64,000 bases of DNA from Kudoa neothunni (GCA_964304625.1 OZ199839.1:8540021-8604020), one strand, 5' to 3'. Positions 1 to 14,182 are shown, counted from the stretch's first letter. Numbers and translations: made by a program. Notes: generated from the sequence alone by a model not told the origin.

Positions 1-2552
1 TATATATAATTCCTATTTTGGCTGATCTGATAGGATCGGATTATTATTCAGTATATTTTAAATGTACAATTGTTGTATATGATCTTAAACTCATCATTGA
101 TAATAAAAATAATAAATTTATATTGTACCAATCAAAAGTCATTTAGAAGTCTATTTTGAGTCAATATTATCCGGATTTAAACAAAGATATCATTGCTTTC
201 AACATATATGGCGGCTATGATATAAATAAGGATGGCATAAATGGTCATTCTTACAGTTTATTATTTATTTTTATATATTTACAAATTTAGATATGTTAAC
301 ATCAATATCCACCAATAAAGGAGATATACGTGGGCTTATGTATTTAAATTTTCAATAATTACTCTGTATAATTCTTAAATCTAGTTTAAAAATTCCAATG
401 GCTATTTCCATTGAAAAAACTAATCACACTTTATATTATGGATTTCCGGGAACTGGATGTTTGGTGGATTTTTTTGGATATTTCTGGTATTTTATTTTTA
501 AATAATCATATATTGTACATATAAAATATGGTTAATTATACTATCTAAACTAAATCAGATATAAAAATTGTGTGAATTTAGTAATAATTACAAATTGATG
601 ATATACCTTTCATTCATCGAGAAAAATATATATGATATCAATCTGCTTTCGGCTCAAAGTATGTTTATTTCAACTTATTCATAAATATAATATTAAAACA
701 TTAGAATTTTTCATAACTATTGAATTAAAGCCACCTGTGAAATTTAACGAATATTATAAATTACTATATAAGAATGAACTAATTTCAAAATACCACATTG
801 AAGTTGAATTTAAAAAATTCCCATCCACAAAAGAATTGTCGACATCTATAGACCTATCCATATATTCCAACCAATACATGAAATATCATGACATTGACCA
901 ACTTAAGGTTCATATATCTATGAAGAACAAAACTTCAAATGAATATGAAATTGGAAAATATTTAATTTATGCAGATCCTTTCCACCAAGTGATATCTTTA
1001 AAATCTAGATTATGTTCCCACCCCATAAAAGAATGTGAGGCAAATATTAAACTGGTAACATCGGCCTATGAAATAGAAAAGTAAATTATTTATATGTTTA
1101 ATTTATAAAAATCAAATTATAAAATATAAATATAGCGCTAATGATACTTTGGTGGCGGGTAAAACAAACGTTATTGCCCTTCAATTTAATCTAATAAACA
1201 CTGGGAAACCTACTTATGGTGTGGGACTTGGTTTAAATATATCAAAAAATGTCACTCTTCTCTCATGTATCTCAACAGAATTCAGCGTAAACTTTTCGTC
1301 TAGCTGTAATTAATATAAATAAATTAGGTTTCACTGGATCGAACACTGATACACGGTGATAGATTAGAAAAACGGGTTTTCGCATTGGGAAATTTTACCC
1401 TTATTGTAATATAACAATTTATCAGTTGACTTCTAATATGACAACGATATAGATGGAATTAATTTGCTATTTGCGAATTCAAGAAGGAACCAATCCCGAA
1501 ATCATCACATACTCAATGTTATCCCCTTTTTTGATATAACATAATTATTTTTAACGTTAGATATGATTCGTTCCTTTTTGATAAGGAAATTGCCGTTGTA
1601 AAGGATGAATCTGTTTATTTACAATGGACTTGTAGAACAACATATAGCATAGAATCGTAATATTTATTCTCTCCAAATATAAACTCAATCAAAATTTTCA
1701 TATATTCTATATTTATTTAATTATTCATTTATTCATGAACAACTAGGGAAATCACCCCAGATGTAATTCATGTTGTTGGGAGTCAAGCATCAAATATTAT
1801 TATACGTCATCGAATAATAGTAAAAGATAATTTGATTATATTAATAAAATCAAATTTATAATAGGTCAATAATTTTGGTCCAGCTGTCTTAAAAAATGCT
1901 ACAGTGGACTACGTTAAGAAGAGTTACGATATTCATAAAAAATTTATCGAATTTATTTCTATTAGTGTATCCAGTACTGTTAAGTTCAGTATAATCTAAC
2001 TATATTATGTGTAGTGTAAAGATGTCCAATACCGTAAAGACTCAATTATAATTCCTGATTGCAAAGACAAAAATTGTATGAAAGAAGCAGAAATTATTGA
2101 GTGTGTGAACTTGACCATCCCTAAATTCAACAATGTTGAAATTGTCGTCCTTTTCAATATTCTAAACACATCCATATCGTTCTTTGTAAGAATACTTTAA
2201 TTTTCTTTTCTCCTAGTCACTCACTATAGGAATCTTCATCTAATGATGTTAACGTTGAAACAGAAATTCTACTGGCTGGGGATAATTGTGAAGTGAATGG
2301 GCAACCTGGATATGTATCATTTGCTTGATTAATTTGTTAACTCAATCAAATTTAAGGAAATGCTTGTACTTGGAGGATCACTAAAAGAAAAGCTAAAACT
2401 ATGGATACTTATAGTTGCCATACTATGCGCGCTTTTTGTTGTTCTCATCATTATATTAATTCTTCATTTTGTAAAGACAAATTTGTGATGGGTGAAATTA
2501 GTTTATTTTCATTTAGTGTGGAGTATTCAAGAAAAAAGATTATTCTAATTGA
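1..2552 (+). CDS. Integrin alpha subunit, divergent (5' truncated by window; multi-exon)
   Basis: Spliced translation gives the last propeller blade GGYDINKDGINDML (Ca-binding DxNxDG), thigh/calf motifs (NTGKPTYG, VNNFGPAVLKNATV), TM WILIVAILCALFVVLIIILILHF and tail CGVFKKKDYSN* (GFFKR-like; TGA 2550-2552). The introns I checked are in the same positions as in the paralogue at 42523-46564. Confidence 0.85.
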
Positions 2553-3829
2553 ATTCGAATAAAAGATTATTTTAATCAAGAATATAAAAACAATTCATTT
2601 TCAATAATAAAAAATAATTATTAAGTCAGTATATTTTTTGGCGTATTGTTACAATTATGCTAAAATTGCATTTAAACTAACGTAGAGTTTTTTATATTAA
2701 CACCTTAATAACAAATATTTTTATTAAATATTTACGTCTTTTAATATATATGAATATATTGAGAAAAATAATAATTAAACGCGTACAAAAATTCAGGACG
2801 GAATTATAATCTATTTTTGTGTTGCGCGAGCGTAGTGTTATCATTCATTATTATTAAAGATTATAAAATAGATTACTAAAAATTACCAATTATTAACAAA
2901 TTTAAAGTATCCTATTTTTAAATAATAAATCTCATTCAGTATCGTTTATTATAAGATATGTTCCATATAAAAACAAAATTGATTTGTTATAAAATTGTGA
3001 GTTTATTTATATTTTACCAAAAATATGAAATCAACGAATGATAACACATTTAAATGGTTATTATATTCGACATTTAAATTTATTTTAAAGATACGATAAC
3101 GGCGATTATCGGACCTTTTCATGACGTAGTCTGGATTTTGTTATCACGAAAAACAGGATCGGGAGAGCAATGCAAGGTTACTCAAAATAAATTATTTATG
3201 AATCTTAAAATGATTAAAATCAATATGTACTGAAAACATTTTTTTTAAAGATACCTGAATGATATTTTTTGCTCAAAAAGATAATGAATAACTTCAAATA
3301 TATTGGACAATTATTTGATAATCAATTTTTATAACTAAGAAAAAAAATAAATCTATTCATTATGATTTCAAAACAATACTGTAGAAAATTAATATATGGT
3401 AGATAATACATTTGTAACTTTTATCACTAAAACGATTATAGGAAGCGCCATCAGTTTAGTTTAAAATTCGTCAGAGCTAAATTCAATCTTATCGCATTAT
3501 ATGAATACGATAGAAAATATTATCTAAATACATTAAAATACAGGATTTATCAGAATAATTTATCTTCTAACTATATAAGAATTAATCAAAAATAAAAATA
3601 TATTTTTTATGAATTAATAAATAAATAAATTATGAGTCTGAGGAAATAATGGTTTTTTAAAACAAACCAATAAAATATAGTATTCAACAATAAGATTAAT
3701 ATTTTCACTAAATTTTAAAATTTTACTTAAAGATATCTTTTAAAAAGGCGATAAATTATAAAAAGGATAATATAATATTTATAACTCGCCTATCAGAGAA
3801 TTGCGAAAACCTCTGATTGTAGTCATAAA

Positions 3830-4909
3830 ATGGATAATGCTAGGACAACTTCAAATAATATAGGTAGAGATCCAGGTACAATTGGTCTATTTTGTATGTT
3901 GTCTATTTTTTGCTTCCTCAATCTCCTACTGTGTACCATATTGATTGTTGGATTGGTGAAAGGAAATTTGATCTCGAATCCAATCCAAAAATGCAACTTG
4001 GGTGTTTATATAATGATATATGTTGTCGTGGCTATAATACCAATCGATATTTATGGTCAATTTTTCAACCCTTCATATGGGAGTATCCATGTATGTAGGT
4101 TATCTACCTACCTTAACAACCTGTATCTCTACGGCAACACTGCTCTCTTAAATATGGTTTCAGTTTTTCGTTATTATGCTGTTTGCAGACCAACTCAATA
4201 TTTGCATATATGCCAACACTCAAAATGGATTTTAGTTATAGTGATAATACTGATTAATTTGTTGACTATCCCACATATGTGGCTCTACAGTATAATTCAG
4301 GATGGGCAAATAAAGGTAAAAATCTTATTATTTATTTGATTTATTTAAAACAATATAGATATATCTTTATTTATATATATATTAGGTTTGCGATGTAGTC
4401 CCATCAAAAGAAAGAATAAAAAGAGTAATATACACCATTCAAATATTAATGGTGTATCTATGGACCACTGTGACAATAATTACCACTCAATGTAAAATCT
4501 ACAGAGAGTATAGTCTAATGGAACGAATGAATAACAGTAATGATACGGAACGTTCCCTCTCCCAACAGAATACACCTGTATAGTTTTGATTATTGATTAC
4601 AAATAATAATATAGTTATAATTTGAAGAATGACTCACTCAATCAAGATAGTGGCAGTGGAAATAAATTGTCATACTTCAACAAAGTATTCTTATATTTGG
4701 CTTTAAATGCAGTCATCTTCCTTGTTGTGTATTCACCTTATTCGATGGTGAAATTATTGATTATTCACTCGTTCAATCTGAACCCAAATATATACAAATA
4801 TTGCGCTGTTTGCGTGATGTGTTACCCACTGTTATATTCAATAATGAACCTTGTGTTTGACTGTTCGTTACGAAATTCCCTAAAAACAATATTTCATATT
4901 CGAAGATAA
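3830..4909 (+). CDS. Rhodopsin-family (class A)-like orphan GPCR, copy 1, ~319 aa
   Basis: Exons 3830-4315, 4386-4577, 4628-4909 join in frame. Seven hydrophobic segments; TM3 Cys (HVCRLS), SVFRYYAVCRP (DRY site), ECL2 Cys, YPLLYS (NPxxY site), helix-8-like LRNSLKTIF. Confidence 0.85.
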
Positions 4910-5190
4910 GCTGACACTATTCCACAAACAGATAATTTAAAAAGTTAAAAAAAATTTTGAATTGAATATTTTATTTTTATGAAATCTATCATTTCTCTTT
5001 ACGTGTATAAAAAAAGATTAATATAATTTTTTATTTTTCGGTTGTAATTTAAATATAATTAAAATAATTAATAAATAATGTTATATTTTTTACTAAAATA
5101 TATTAATTATTCATATTCAATTAATTAAATTCTTATGTATTTAATTAACCACATAATAAAGCATAAAAGAGAAATATTCTATAACTAATA

Positions 5191-8100
5191 CGGTCGAGCC
5201 CGGTTTATCCGAAAATGTTGGGACCTGGCATTTTCCTCTCAGAAACTGAAATTTCGGCTAAACAAAGTTCGGTGTGTGCGCATGTGCGAAGAGAAAAAAA
5301 TTGGGGGTTGGTTACATATTTTATTTTTATTGTTCAATATTCGTTTTATATTTTGAAAGAAATTATACTAGGGAATAAAATGTGAAAACATTATTTTAAG
5401 GTACATCACTTCTAGATCCAACGTAGTCAGCGCACGCATGCTGCAGATATGTACGACCTCGGCACCGTTGCGCCATATTAGAAAGATATATTCTAGATTT
5501 TAAAGAGGGGACTATTATTATTATTAATTTTTTATAATTTCATCCCTATTTGGATATTTGAGCTGTATTAATAATAATGGTAACAATAATTAAAGGAACA
5601 ATGAGAAACATTTTCTCAGAGTTCTCCATAACGGTATTTTGAATTTCTTTTTTAACTCTCCGAGTAGAATAGGGTGTATTTCCACTCTAGGAGATTGTTG
5701 ATGAAATTTTCCCCATTACAAACGCGATAGATACAATTAATGTTTCTGCTAATCTTTTAAACTTATGTAATACGTAAAAAGCGAAAACAAAATTTTAATT
5801 TTTGTTGTTGTGACTTAAATTAACGCCAAAATAGCATCCGAGTAAAATTGGGATGTAAATACACCCCAGGGTTTTTTTGATAAAATTATTTATAATGTTT
5901 TAAGAAATATATTTGAAACTTTTTAGATAATTCTAATTGTAAAATAACCCTTAAATTGACAATAAATTATTCAGTTTACTGAATGCACTAGCGCAAAAAG
6001 TAATGAGTTCTCGTGATTATAATTTCTTATTTGATGATAATATATCATAAGATATTGAAGGTTATACCACGAATGTACCATTAGACTCATTAGTTAATAA
6101 AAATGGAGTGATATGGACAGCTGAAAATATTATTAATAATCGTCCTGGCGTTTCTCCTCACATACGTCAAAATGTTAACGATGTTATTGATACTCTTAAG
6201 GTGTTATTTAACCATGAAATGTACAAGGTTATTTTAAAATTTATAAATCAATATGGAGAAAAATTGTTTGGTCATGCTTGGATAAAATTAAATGACAACG
6301 AACTTGATGGCTTCATCAGATGTTTAATTTTAATGAGTATATATAGAGACAACCATGAACCTGTTAAGGAATTGTTTGGATCTGAAGAAGGTCGAAAAAT
6401 ATACCGCGATCACTAGTCGCTAACAAGATTTCGACAAATTATAGGGGCATTTCACTTTGATGACTCAGAAACTAACTTACTTGAGAAAAGTTAACGACAA
6501 ATTTTGCCGTATGGGGACTCTTTGGGTTGATTTACTTAATCGTAGCTTTCACCCATATGAAGATCTCTGCGTCGACGAACAACTAGTTGCATTCAGAGGT
6601 CGCTGCGAATTCAAGAAATATATGCTGATGAAGCCTGTCAAGTATGGGATTAGGTTTTTATTATTGGTTGACCCTAGATCAACATATGTTTGAAATTCGT
6701 CCGTCTATTTGGGTAAGCGGTCTTGGAATGATACAAGAACCGTTATTGTTGGAAAAACCATTGTTTGTGACAACTTTTTTACGTTAAATGAGTTTGCTGA
6801 TGAATTTCTAAGTAGAAAACTTACAATTATTTGAACTATGTGTGCAAACAAACGTGATATTCCATTCTATCTGCGACCGTAAAGAGATACCCCGTTATAT
6901 TCAAATTTTTTTGTATTTTATAACAAAAAGATGATATTAAGTTATTTAACGAGGAAGGACAAGCCTATCTATATGCTTTGTTCATCTTTAAATAACACAC
7001 ACTGCAATTGAAGCGCCATTTAAGTCCGACATTGTATCGCAGTATAATTCGATAAAAGGGGGAATTGATACCATCTCAAGGGTATTGGCTTCAGTTAGTG
7101 TTAGAAGAATCAATCATCGCTGGTCATTAATTGTGTCTTTCAATATAATCGATATTACATTGATAAATGCCTTTTGCATATTCAAAGAACTCTTTTTTTC
7201 TGAAAGTCTTAGAAGAAAAGATTTCATAAAAATAATGATTGAACAAATGAAATGTCATATGTTGTCACGAAAAAATGACAAGAAAACTTCTTCAAAGTGT
7301 GGAGTTTGTGCTAATTTTTATGTGTATTTGTTATAACTCTTGTAATAAATAATACACATATTATTTTGTTTATTTTTATATGTATTTAAAGTTCTAAAGA
7401 ATTAGTCAATTTTGTTTATACGTATACTGTTGAGCATTAATTGATTCATGTAAAGTTTTCTGAGCACCAGAAAATCCAAGTATACCCACGTAGGCGCACC
7501 GAATGTTTAACATTGTTTTTTCTTTAATTACTCAAAAATTACTTGACACAAATTTTTCTCATTACATGGGAATAATTACCTATTATTTTCCAATAATTTT
7601 GTTGGAAAAAACAACCTGGAGTGTATTTACACCTTAATTTTACTCCGAAGGTGTAACTTTTCGTGTGACTGAGAGGTTTAATTAAGATATGCCTTTTTCC
7701 AACAATTTAATATTGTTTAGTGATTGTTGCGACTCAATAAGACTTAAAAGTAGGGATGTTATGGGAAAAACAGATGTGTGAATGTTATTGAATTGGTCTT
7801 ACGAAGTCATTTCTAGTTTATTAGTAAACAGCCACATAAATTCCATTTTTTATATTATAATACTCATGAAAAGATTAAGGGAATTTGTTTTTACCCAACA
7901 TTTATCTGTTCATTATCAATACGTTTGCATTTTGATCATAAAATACTATATTATTTACGTTACGTTATCTCTATTAATCAAATATAAACTTAAATGGAAT
8001 AAATAACGAGTGTATGCATCATAAAAATAAATGTAGGTTTCGTTTTAACTAGGCATTAGTTCCGATTTTAAGGCATGGCCATCCGGAATTTCCAGTAATA

Positions 8101-8209
8101 AGTTGCTTCGGTTAAACCAAACTTCCTTATTTAGAATCTACATCATTTTCAAATAAACTTTAAACAACCTTTCGGATAGCCCCTTTATCCGAAAAACGGG
8201 GATCGACTG
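5191..8209. mobile_element. pogo/Tc1-type TIR element (degenerate) carrying a nested piggyBac
   Basis: TA|CGGTCGAGCCCGGTTTATCCGA at the left end and CGGGGATCGACTG|TA at the right end form imperfect TIRs flanked by TA. Confidence 0.55.
5656..7677 (+). mobile_element. piggyBac transposon with decayed transposase
   Basis: Fragments VDEQLVAFRGRCEFKKYM..KP.KYGI, VCDNFFT, YN..KGGID, RW and a C-terminal CxxC, with many stops and frameshifts. TTAA at both ends; subterminal inverted repeat ~5837-5870 / ~7615-7648. Confidence 0.85.
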
Positions 8210-8440
8210 TAAATAAATTAGTATATCTTAGTTTCAATATATTTAAATACGATCTTATTTAGGATTATGTTATCAAATTTTGTATTTCTATAAAATTTGT
8301 TTATTTAAATAACTAGAATTCTTCTTATTCTTTGGAATTTATCTTAAATTGTCTATTTAAAATAAAAATTCAAACTGAATTGAGTGATAAATTTTCATTA
8401 ACAACTTTACAAAATATTCATTGTCCAGTATATAGCTATG

Positions 8441-8889
8441 CTAGCTAAAAAGCCCCCCCCCCCTTTGCATGGGCTTCCTTGAGCAGACCAAGGTCATTTG
8501 AAGTTCAAAGTAAATCAAGAGTATTTAGATAAATAGTTCAAAGATTACCAAATTAACGGATGATTTATTTAACTAATTGGACCAATGAACCTTATTTAAT
8601 ATTTTTATAAACGAATAAACACTATGGTACGTTTAAAATTAATTTTTAAAACTTTAACAAAATGATCTATTTGTTTGCATAGATCTTAAAATCAGACCAA
8701 TCATACCACGTGAAAATGTGTTTAGTCATTTTGCAGAATGCAAATCTTTTATAATTTTTTACGTATTTTTATGTGTTAAAATAAAATTTTATCTTTCCAT
8801 ATATATGCTCAAATGGAGCGATATGTCTTTATATAAAGAATGAAAAATGCGTACACACACGGATTTCCAGTTTGCTTTATATCTTAGGA
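8441..8889 (-). mobile_element. Non-autonomous Helitron copy
   Basis: Reverse complement of the 26781-27461 element, with an internal deletion relative to it. Has a 5' TC..ATATAAAGCAAAC start and a 3' GC-rich hairpin remnant plus CTAG. Confidence 0.7.
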
Positions 8890-9288
8890 TTAATAAAAGA
8901 TAATTTCAATGTATATCATGTTATATTTTAAAACTTATCTCATTTTTACAAATAGTGCTCAACACGAGGTTTAATCGCACTAATAATTATCTAACACAAA
9001 TATATTAGAATAATAGTTACAAATTGCTATCACAAAGGAAAAATGATAAATAAATGTTTTTATAAATAAAAAAATAATCATGGCGCTTAAAAATATGGTA
9101 AAGATCCATCTGTTGATAAATGTTATAAGATAGAATATTCAATTATTAATAACTATATTATAATTACTAATTCTATAATGTTTGTCAATTATAAATTATT
9201 AATACTATTCATACTCTAAATCAAATTCAATCAAATTGAAGAATTTAATTAGTGACGAATATTTTCGTCTATTCAATATAAAAATAGA

Positions 9289-12195
9289 ATGAAGATTTCA
9301 CTCTACCAACTGGGTGTATTTTTGCTTCTTTTATGTAACTAGGAATATTTATGAGAGATTAAACTGAATAAAGTATAGTCAAATGCACTTTTCAGAACTC
9401 ACCTAGAGAAGGATCTCAAATTGAAGCTCAAACTCCTACGAATGAACTCATCTATAAAATTGTAGAGGATAGTGATAATAAAGAAAAGAAAGTTCAACTT
9501 ACGTTGAGCGGAAGTACATACAAAACCACGGATTACTGTCTGATTAAAAAGTCGAATGAAGGAGTTACTGGATATGATGATATAAGTCCTTGTCCTAAAA
9601 CAGACCCAACAGATGTTCAAGATAAATGCGTTCGAAAATGTTTTGAAGGGGGTAATATGTTGACATTTGACAAATTTTCCCCAAGAACGAAATATATTGT
9701 GGTTTTCAAAGATGATAACGCCTCTAAAGTCGCTTTAAAAAGTAACGAAGGAACTGTGTTTGGGCTCGAGTTACGTAATAAATGATTAATAAATATGTTT
9801 TAAAAAGAAATTTTTAGGATTACTAGCGAATCCAAAAGTGGTGGTTAGCACCACAGCTCAAAGTAAACTAAAATTTTGCACGACCTCCTTTCCACAAGTC
9901 AACTGTCCCGTATACTATAAAGAGGTCGAATATGCAGCTGGTACGGAAGTAGCAAGTTGCACTTCCCCGAGTGTCTTAAACGAAGTAGAATTTGATTTAA
10001 TGATACCTCATTACGAAATGAAATGTGAAAATTATCCAAGTTTCTTTTATAAGCTCCAAAATACATACACTCTGTCGAAAATTGATGTTTATAAACCACA
10101 ATATTATGTGGCTTATATTTCGGATAAAAAATCTAAATACACTCTTAAATTCACCAATAAATTTCCCTTCGAAATCTGTCGCTTCAGTATCAGGGATGGC
10201 TCAACCCAAACTAGTATTGGGAGGACTACAAACGAATATATATCAAGATGTAGTGAGCAAGATAAACCTTGTTATGCACCTTGCAATGATGTAGAGCTTA
10301 CTTTTACTGCGTCGAAGACAATTTTAGACGTGTTGATCCAAACAAGACATTTTTCACTAGAAAAAGGAACCAGTGATTATGAAGGTTATAAACAAACGAA
10401 ATTCGGTAATAATTAAATACTTATAACTTTCATTACGATGAGGTAGTTGTCAATTTGACCACTTCAAATAATGATAGATTATTACCTGCAATAACACATG
10501 ATAATGTTTCCTTAAATGTGCGCCTCTTTAAGCCTGCGTCGGACCCTAAATTTACAAGTTGCACTGTAACCCATTTTCCTGCTGATAAACCACCGCCTAC
10601 TACTAATGCAATACAACCAAAATGTGGAGCAGAAAAAAAGGATTGTGACACGGACTGTGATTCAGTTTTAGAAATAAAAGAACTTTCCAATGGAAAGCCA
10701 TATATTCTTGTAATAACAGCTGGAAACGCCGCTGTGGGTGAAGTGCCAGCGAATTTCAAAGAACATATATTCATCAGAACAAGTATAATAATTAATAAAA
10801 AATTTAGCCTAACAAATATTTAGAAAACGCAGCAAGTTCAACTTTCTCTGCAATAACACCAACTACAGATGAGACAACAGCGACGATTGGAGCCCCCATT
10901 GGAGAAGGAACAATAGACAAAGATGCCCCTACATGTGCATATTATATTAGCCCCCGCGGAAAGGATGTATATGTATGTGCAATGTGCGTTGGGAGTTATC
11001 CTTGTCGAGGTTTTTGCAAAGAAAATCAAAAAATAGTTGGATTAACTCCAGGCACTGAATATGATCTGAAAATAGTTGCTCACAAAGATTATGGATTCAA
11101 AGAATTTCAAATCACAACAAGTATAAAATATATGAATGATAAATATGATTAGATTTGTAGCAAAGTCGAAGCTGAAACTTGAATCACAATTTACTGATAA
11201 AGGGTTTAAAGTGATGGGTTCGTTGTCGACTCCAGATCTCTTCGCCCTATGCAGTTATAAAGTGAAAGTTAAAAAGGGGAAAAATTTTAAGTTGATTCAT
11301 GAATGTCCAGTTACCCTACCTCCATCAGTAGCAATTCAAAACACACCCCAAAGGAAACCAACGATTTCTAAAATTGAGGTTGCTAGATCGGTTGCTGGTC
11401 AAAAAGCTACATCCACCCCTTCTATTAACACCGCCACATTAACCTCATGCAGTGAACTTCCAACTTGTTCGGAAATATTATTTACTAGTTTTTACGATCG
11501 TTCCAAAAAATACCAGATGTTGGTCACTGCCATCGGTGGTCGTTCAGAGGAAGTTACTATCGATATTACTGAAAGTAATTTTGTTTTGACTTTGCTTCTA
11601 ATAGAATCTTTTTCAATAAATTTTAATATATTAGATAATTTCCCGTCGAGTGAAGAAGCCAACAAAAAAATAATCATTAGCATAGAACGCGAAGAGAACA
11701 AGCTAAAGGTGACAGCTCTACTTCAGAACAATGCGCCTGAAAGTACATGTGGTTGGGAGTTACGTAACTCTTCCGAAGATGAGAAACGTTTGGTGAAGTC
11801 GTGTAATGGTGTCAACGACAGTGGTTGTGAAACCCTTCCATTATGTAAAGGTTTTGAATCCCTAACATCGAAGATACTAACGATTATTATCTCACCGTTT
11901 ATGTGAGCAGTGATTCATCGGTAATCGGACATGCAATAATTAAACAAGGTAAACAAAGTAGTTACTTAGTAAGATAAAATATTTGTAGGGGAATCCCACG
12001 ATACAATGAAATCAACGTAGATTTTGTACGTGTGTTAATTTTTAATATTTATTTAGATCCAAAAATACTATGTATTAATAATAACATTGAATTATTTTTG
12101 ACTTATTTTTACTTAGAATTATAGCTTCGGCAGTAGCAGGGGCCGTCGTCGTTGCTATTGGAATCGCAGTGATTGTTATGAAAAGAAAGAATTGA
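9289..12195 (+). CDS. Type-I membrane protein with tandem cysteine-rich fibronectin-III-like domains, ~827 aa
   Basis: Signal peptide MKISLYQLGVFLLLLFKC. Exons 9289-9334, 9379-9774, 9818-10405, 10447-10782, 10824-11120, 11161-11574, 11635-11844, 11874-11948, 11989-12016, 12057-12071, 12117-12195. FN3 F-strand motifs GLTPGTEYDLKIVA, FSPRTKYIVVF, LSNGKPYILVITA, DRSKKYQMLVTA. TM IIIASAVAGAVVVAIGIAVIVM followed by KRKN*. The 11845-11873 intron is uncertain and may be a frameshift. Confidence 0.75.
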
Positions 12196-13958
12196 AGACC
12201 AATCATTACATTATGATTAATTATTTTTTAGTTTTATATCTTATTTTTACAATATTAAGTACTTCGTAGCATGTCTGATTTTCTTTAAAACGAAAGTTCT
12301 GATAATAAAGCTTGATGCTGTTATCCTCATTTTTCAAAATATTTCTGTTCTTAAATAAATTAATATTTATGAAATAATTATAAAGAAAATTATTTTTCCT
12401 AAATTTATTCTTTGACATTATAAATTCGAAATAAAAAATCTGAATTTAAATGTCATTTTCAATAATACTGAACTTTTTAATTTGATATATTACGCATTTT
12501 TTAGAATATGATTATTAAAAATTTTATTTACATTTTTCAATTAAACTAATAAGAGAAATTGAAATTCTATTTTCGACATTTATATAAAGATACCTGTTCC
12601 TAATATATCTGTGCACCGATACTAGGATCTGAATAATTAGACTACAAAGACCACATCTGAAATTTATAGTTTTATAATTTATCGACGAAAATAAACATAA
12701 CTAAATTTTATTATATTTGAAAAACAATTCTGAATTTAATTCACATACAAATAACTAAAATATATCCATAATTCATGATAGATCATTAGATTTTAAATTA
12801 ATACATTATAATTAAAATATTGGTACTTCTTCAATTTGATAATTCCGTCAGAAATATGTTCATTAATATTCTTTGTAGTATATATTTAAATTTAATTCAA
12901 TGTTTTGTTTACAAGACAACCTGCCTAAATAAAAATAATAATTATTCAAAAACCGGCTAATTTTGCACAGGTGAAAACATTTTTTTATTTTATGGAACAA
13001 GTTCAAAATGTATTCCATTAAGAATCCTTAAATGAATCTCATTTGAAGAGAATTGTGGTTTCTAAAAGAAAAGATCAAAAATGGAACGATTTACTTGGTG
13101 GAATAAATAGGTAATGCGCCAACTAAACAAATTTGATTTCCTCATAAATTAGATACAAGAGAATTAGAAAATCGATTATCGAAGATAAAAATATTTGTAA
13201 ATTAGTGTAGTTTACATCTATTATAATTGCCATAGTGACAATTAACTACGCTAACATAAAATTAAAGCTAAGTAAGTCACGAAAATCGCTACCTATTATT
13301 TTATTCTTTAGACGGATATCACAAAAATTAACAATAACCTGTCTTAGATGTATTAGAAAATAAGATGTCAAATTTAATAATTTTTAATGGCAAATACGAA
13401 AATTTTAAAATCTATAAAATAACAAATAAGCTAAAAATCAGTTTTCAAATGTTTCTTGATAACAACCTCATGAAAGTCTGAATCAATAATCTCATTTGGA
13501 GGTTGAAATCCCGGCATGGGGGCGTTTCGTAGGGTCCATTGAATTCTAGCGGTAGGTTCAATAATGGTGGATCTAAATTAGAATTGTAGAAGAAATTTCA
13601 AAACTCCTTAATAGCTACCACCAGGAATGATATCGAGCTCCTTAGACTTCCGATTTGTTCTTGTTTTAGACAACGACTCAATCAACATTAGATAAACGTG
13701 TGGGAAACGGCATCGCAATAATTTCATGGCCGAATCTCTCGCTCGAAGTCTTGCTTTAATGTGTTTGTCCATAGAGATGTGTTCCTGAGTTTTGGTTATT
13801 TCTAATTGTTTCCTTAACTCTTCATCCATTTCCATAGATGAATACCAAAAGCAATTATTCCTTAAAAAGATTAAATACGACTACATATAAAAATATTCAT
13901 TGTTTTTTTCTGAAATCTAACTCGACCTTTTTATTATCAAAACGAAAAATATTTACGA

Positions 13959-14182
13959 CTAGCGCAAAAGCCCCGCTTCGCGAAGGTTTCTTTGCCAGCC
14001 AAGTAGGATATCACCTGTCGCTAACTAAACCCGTTTTGATTTTTAAGTAGATAGCGCTGATACCCTGTAAATTTTATTTTTCTATTTTTATTTGTTTATT
14101 TTAAAGCTTGTCATTATTTTTGCAATGTGCTGATTTAGATAAACTAAATTATGCCCGCACTTACTACTCAGATATAAATAGA
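13959..14182 (-). mobile_element. Helitron 3' end / short copy
   Basis: Reverse complement reads CCTACTTGGCTGGCAAAGAAACCTTCGCGAAGCGGGGCTTTTGCGCTAG|T, matching the 3' end of 26781-27461. The 5' boundary is approximate. Confidence 0.6.

Noticed and set aside
4628-4909. GPCRs as opsins
   Set aside because: The position equivalent to retinal-binding Lys296 (7 residues before the TM7 Pro) is Ala/Val. The nearby Lys is 10 residues away and is Arg in other copies.
13500-13835. 75-aa minus-strand ORF with a GC-rich end
   Set aside because: No recognisable motif or splice structure; probably a repeat remnant.
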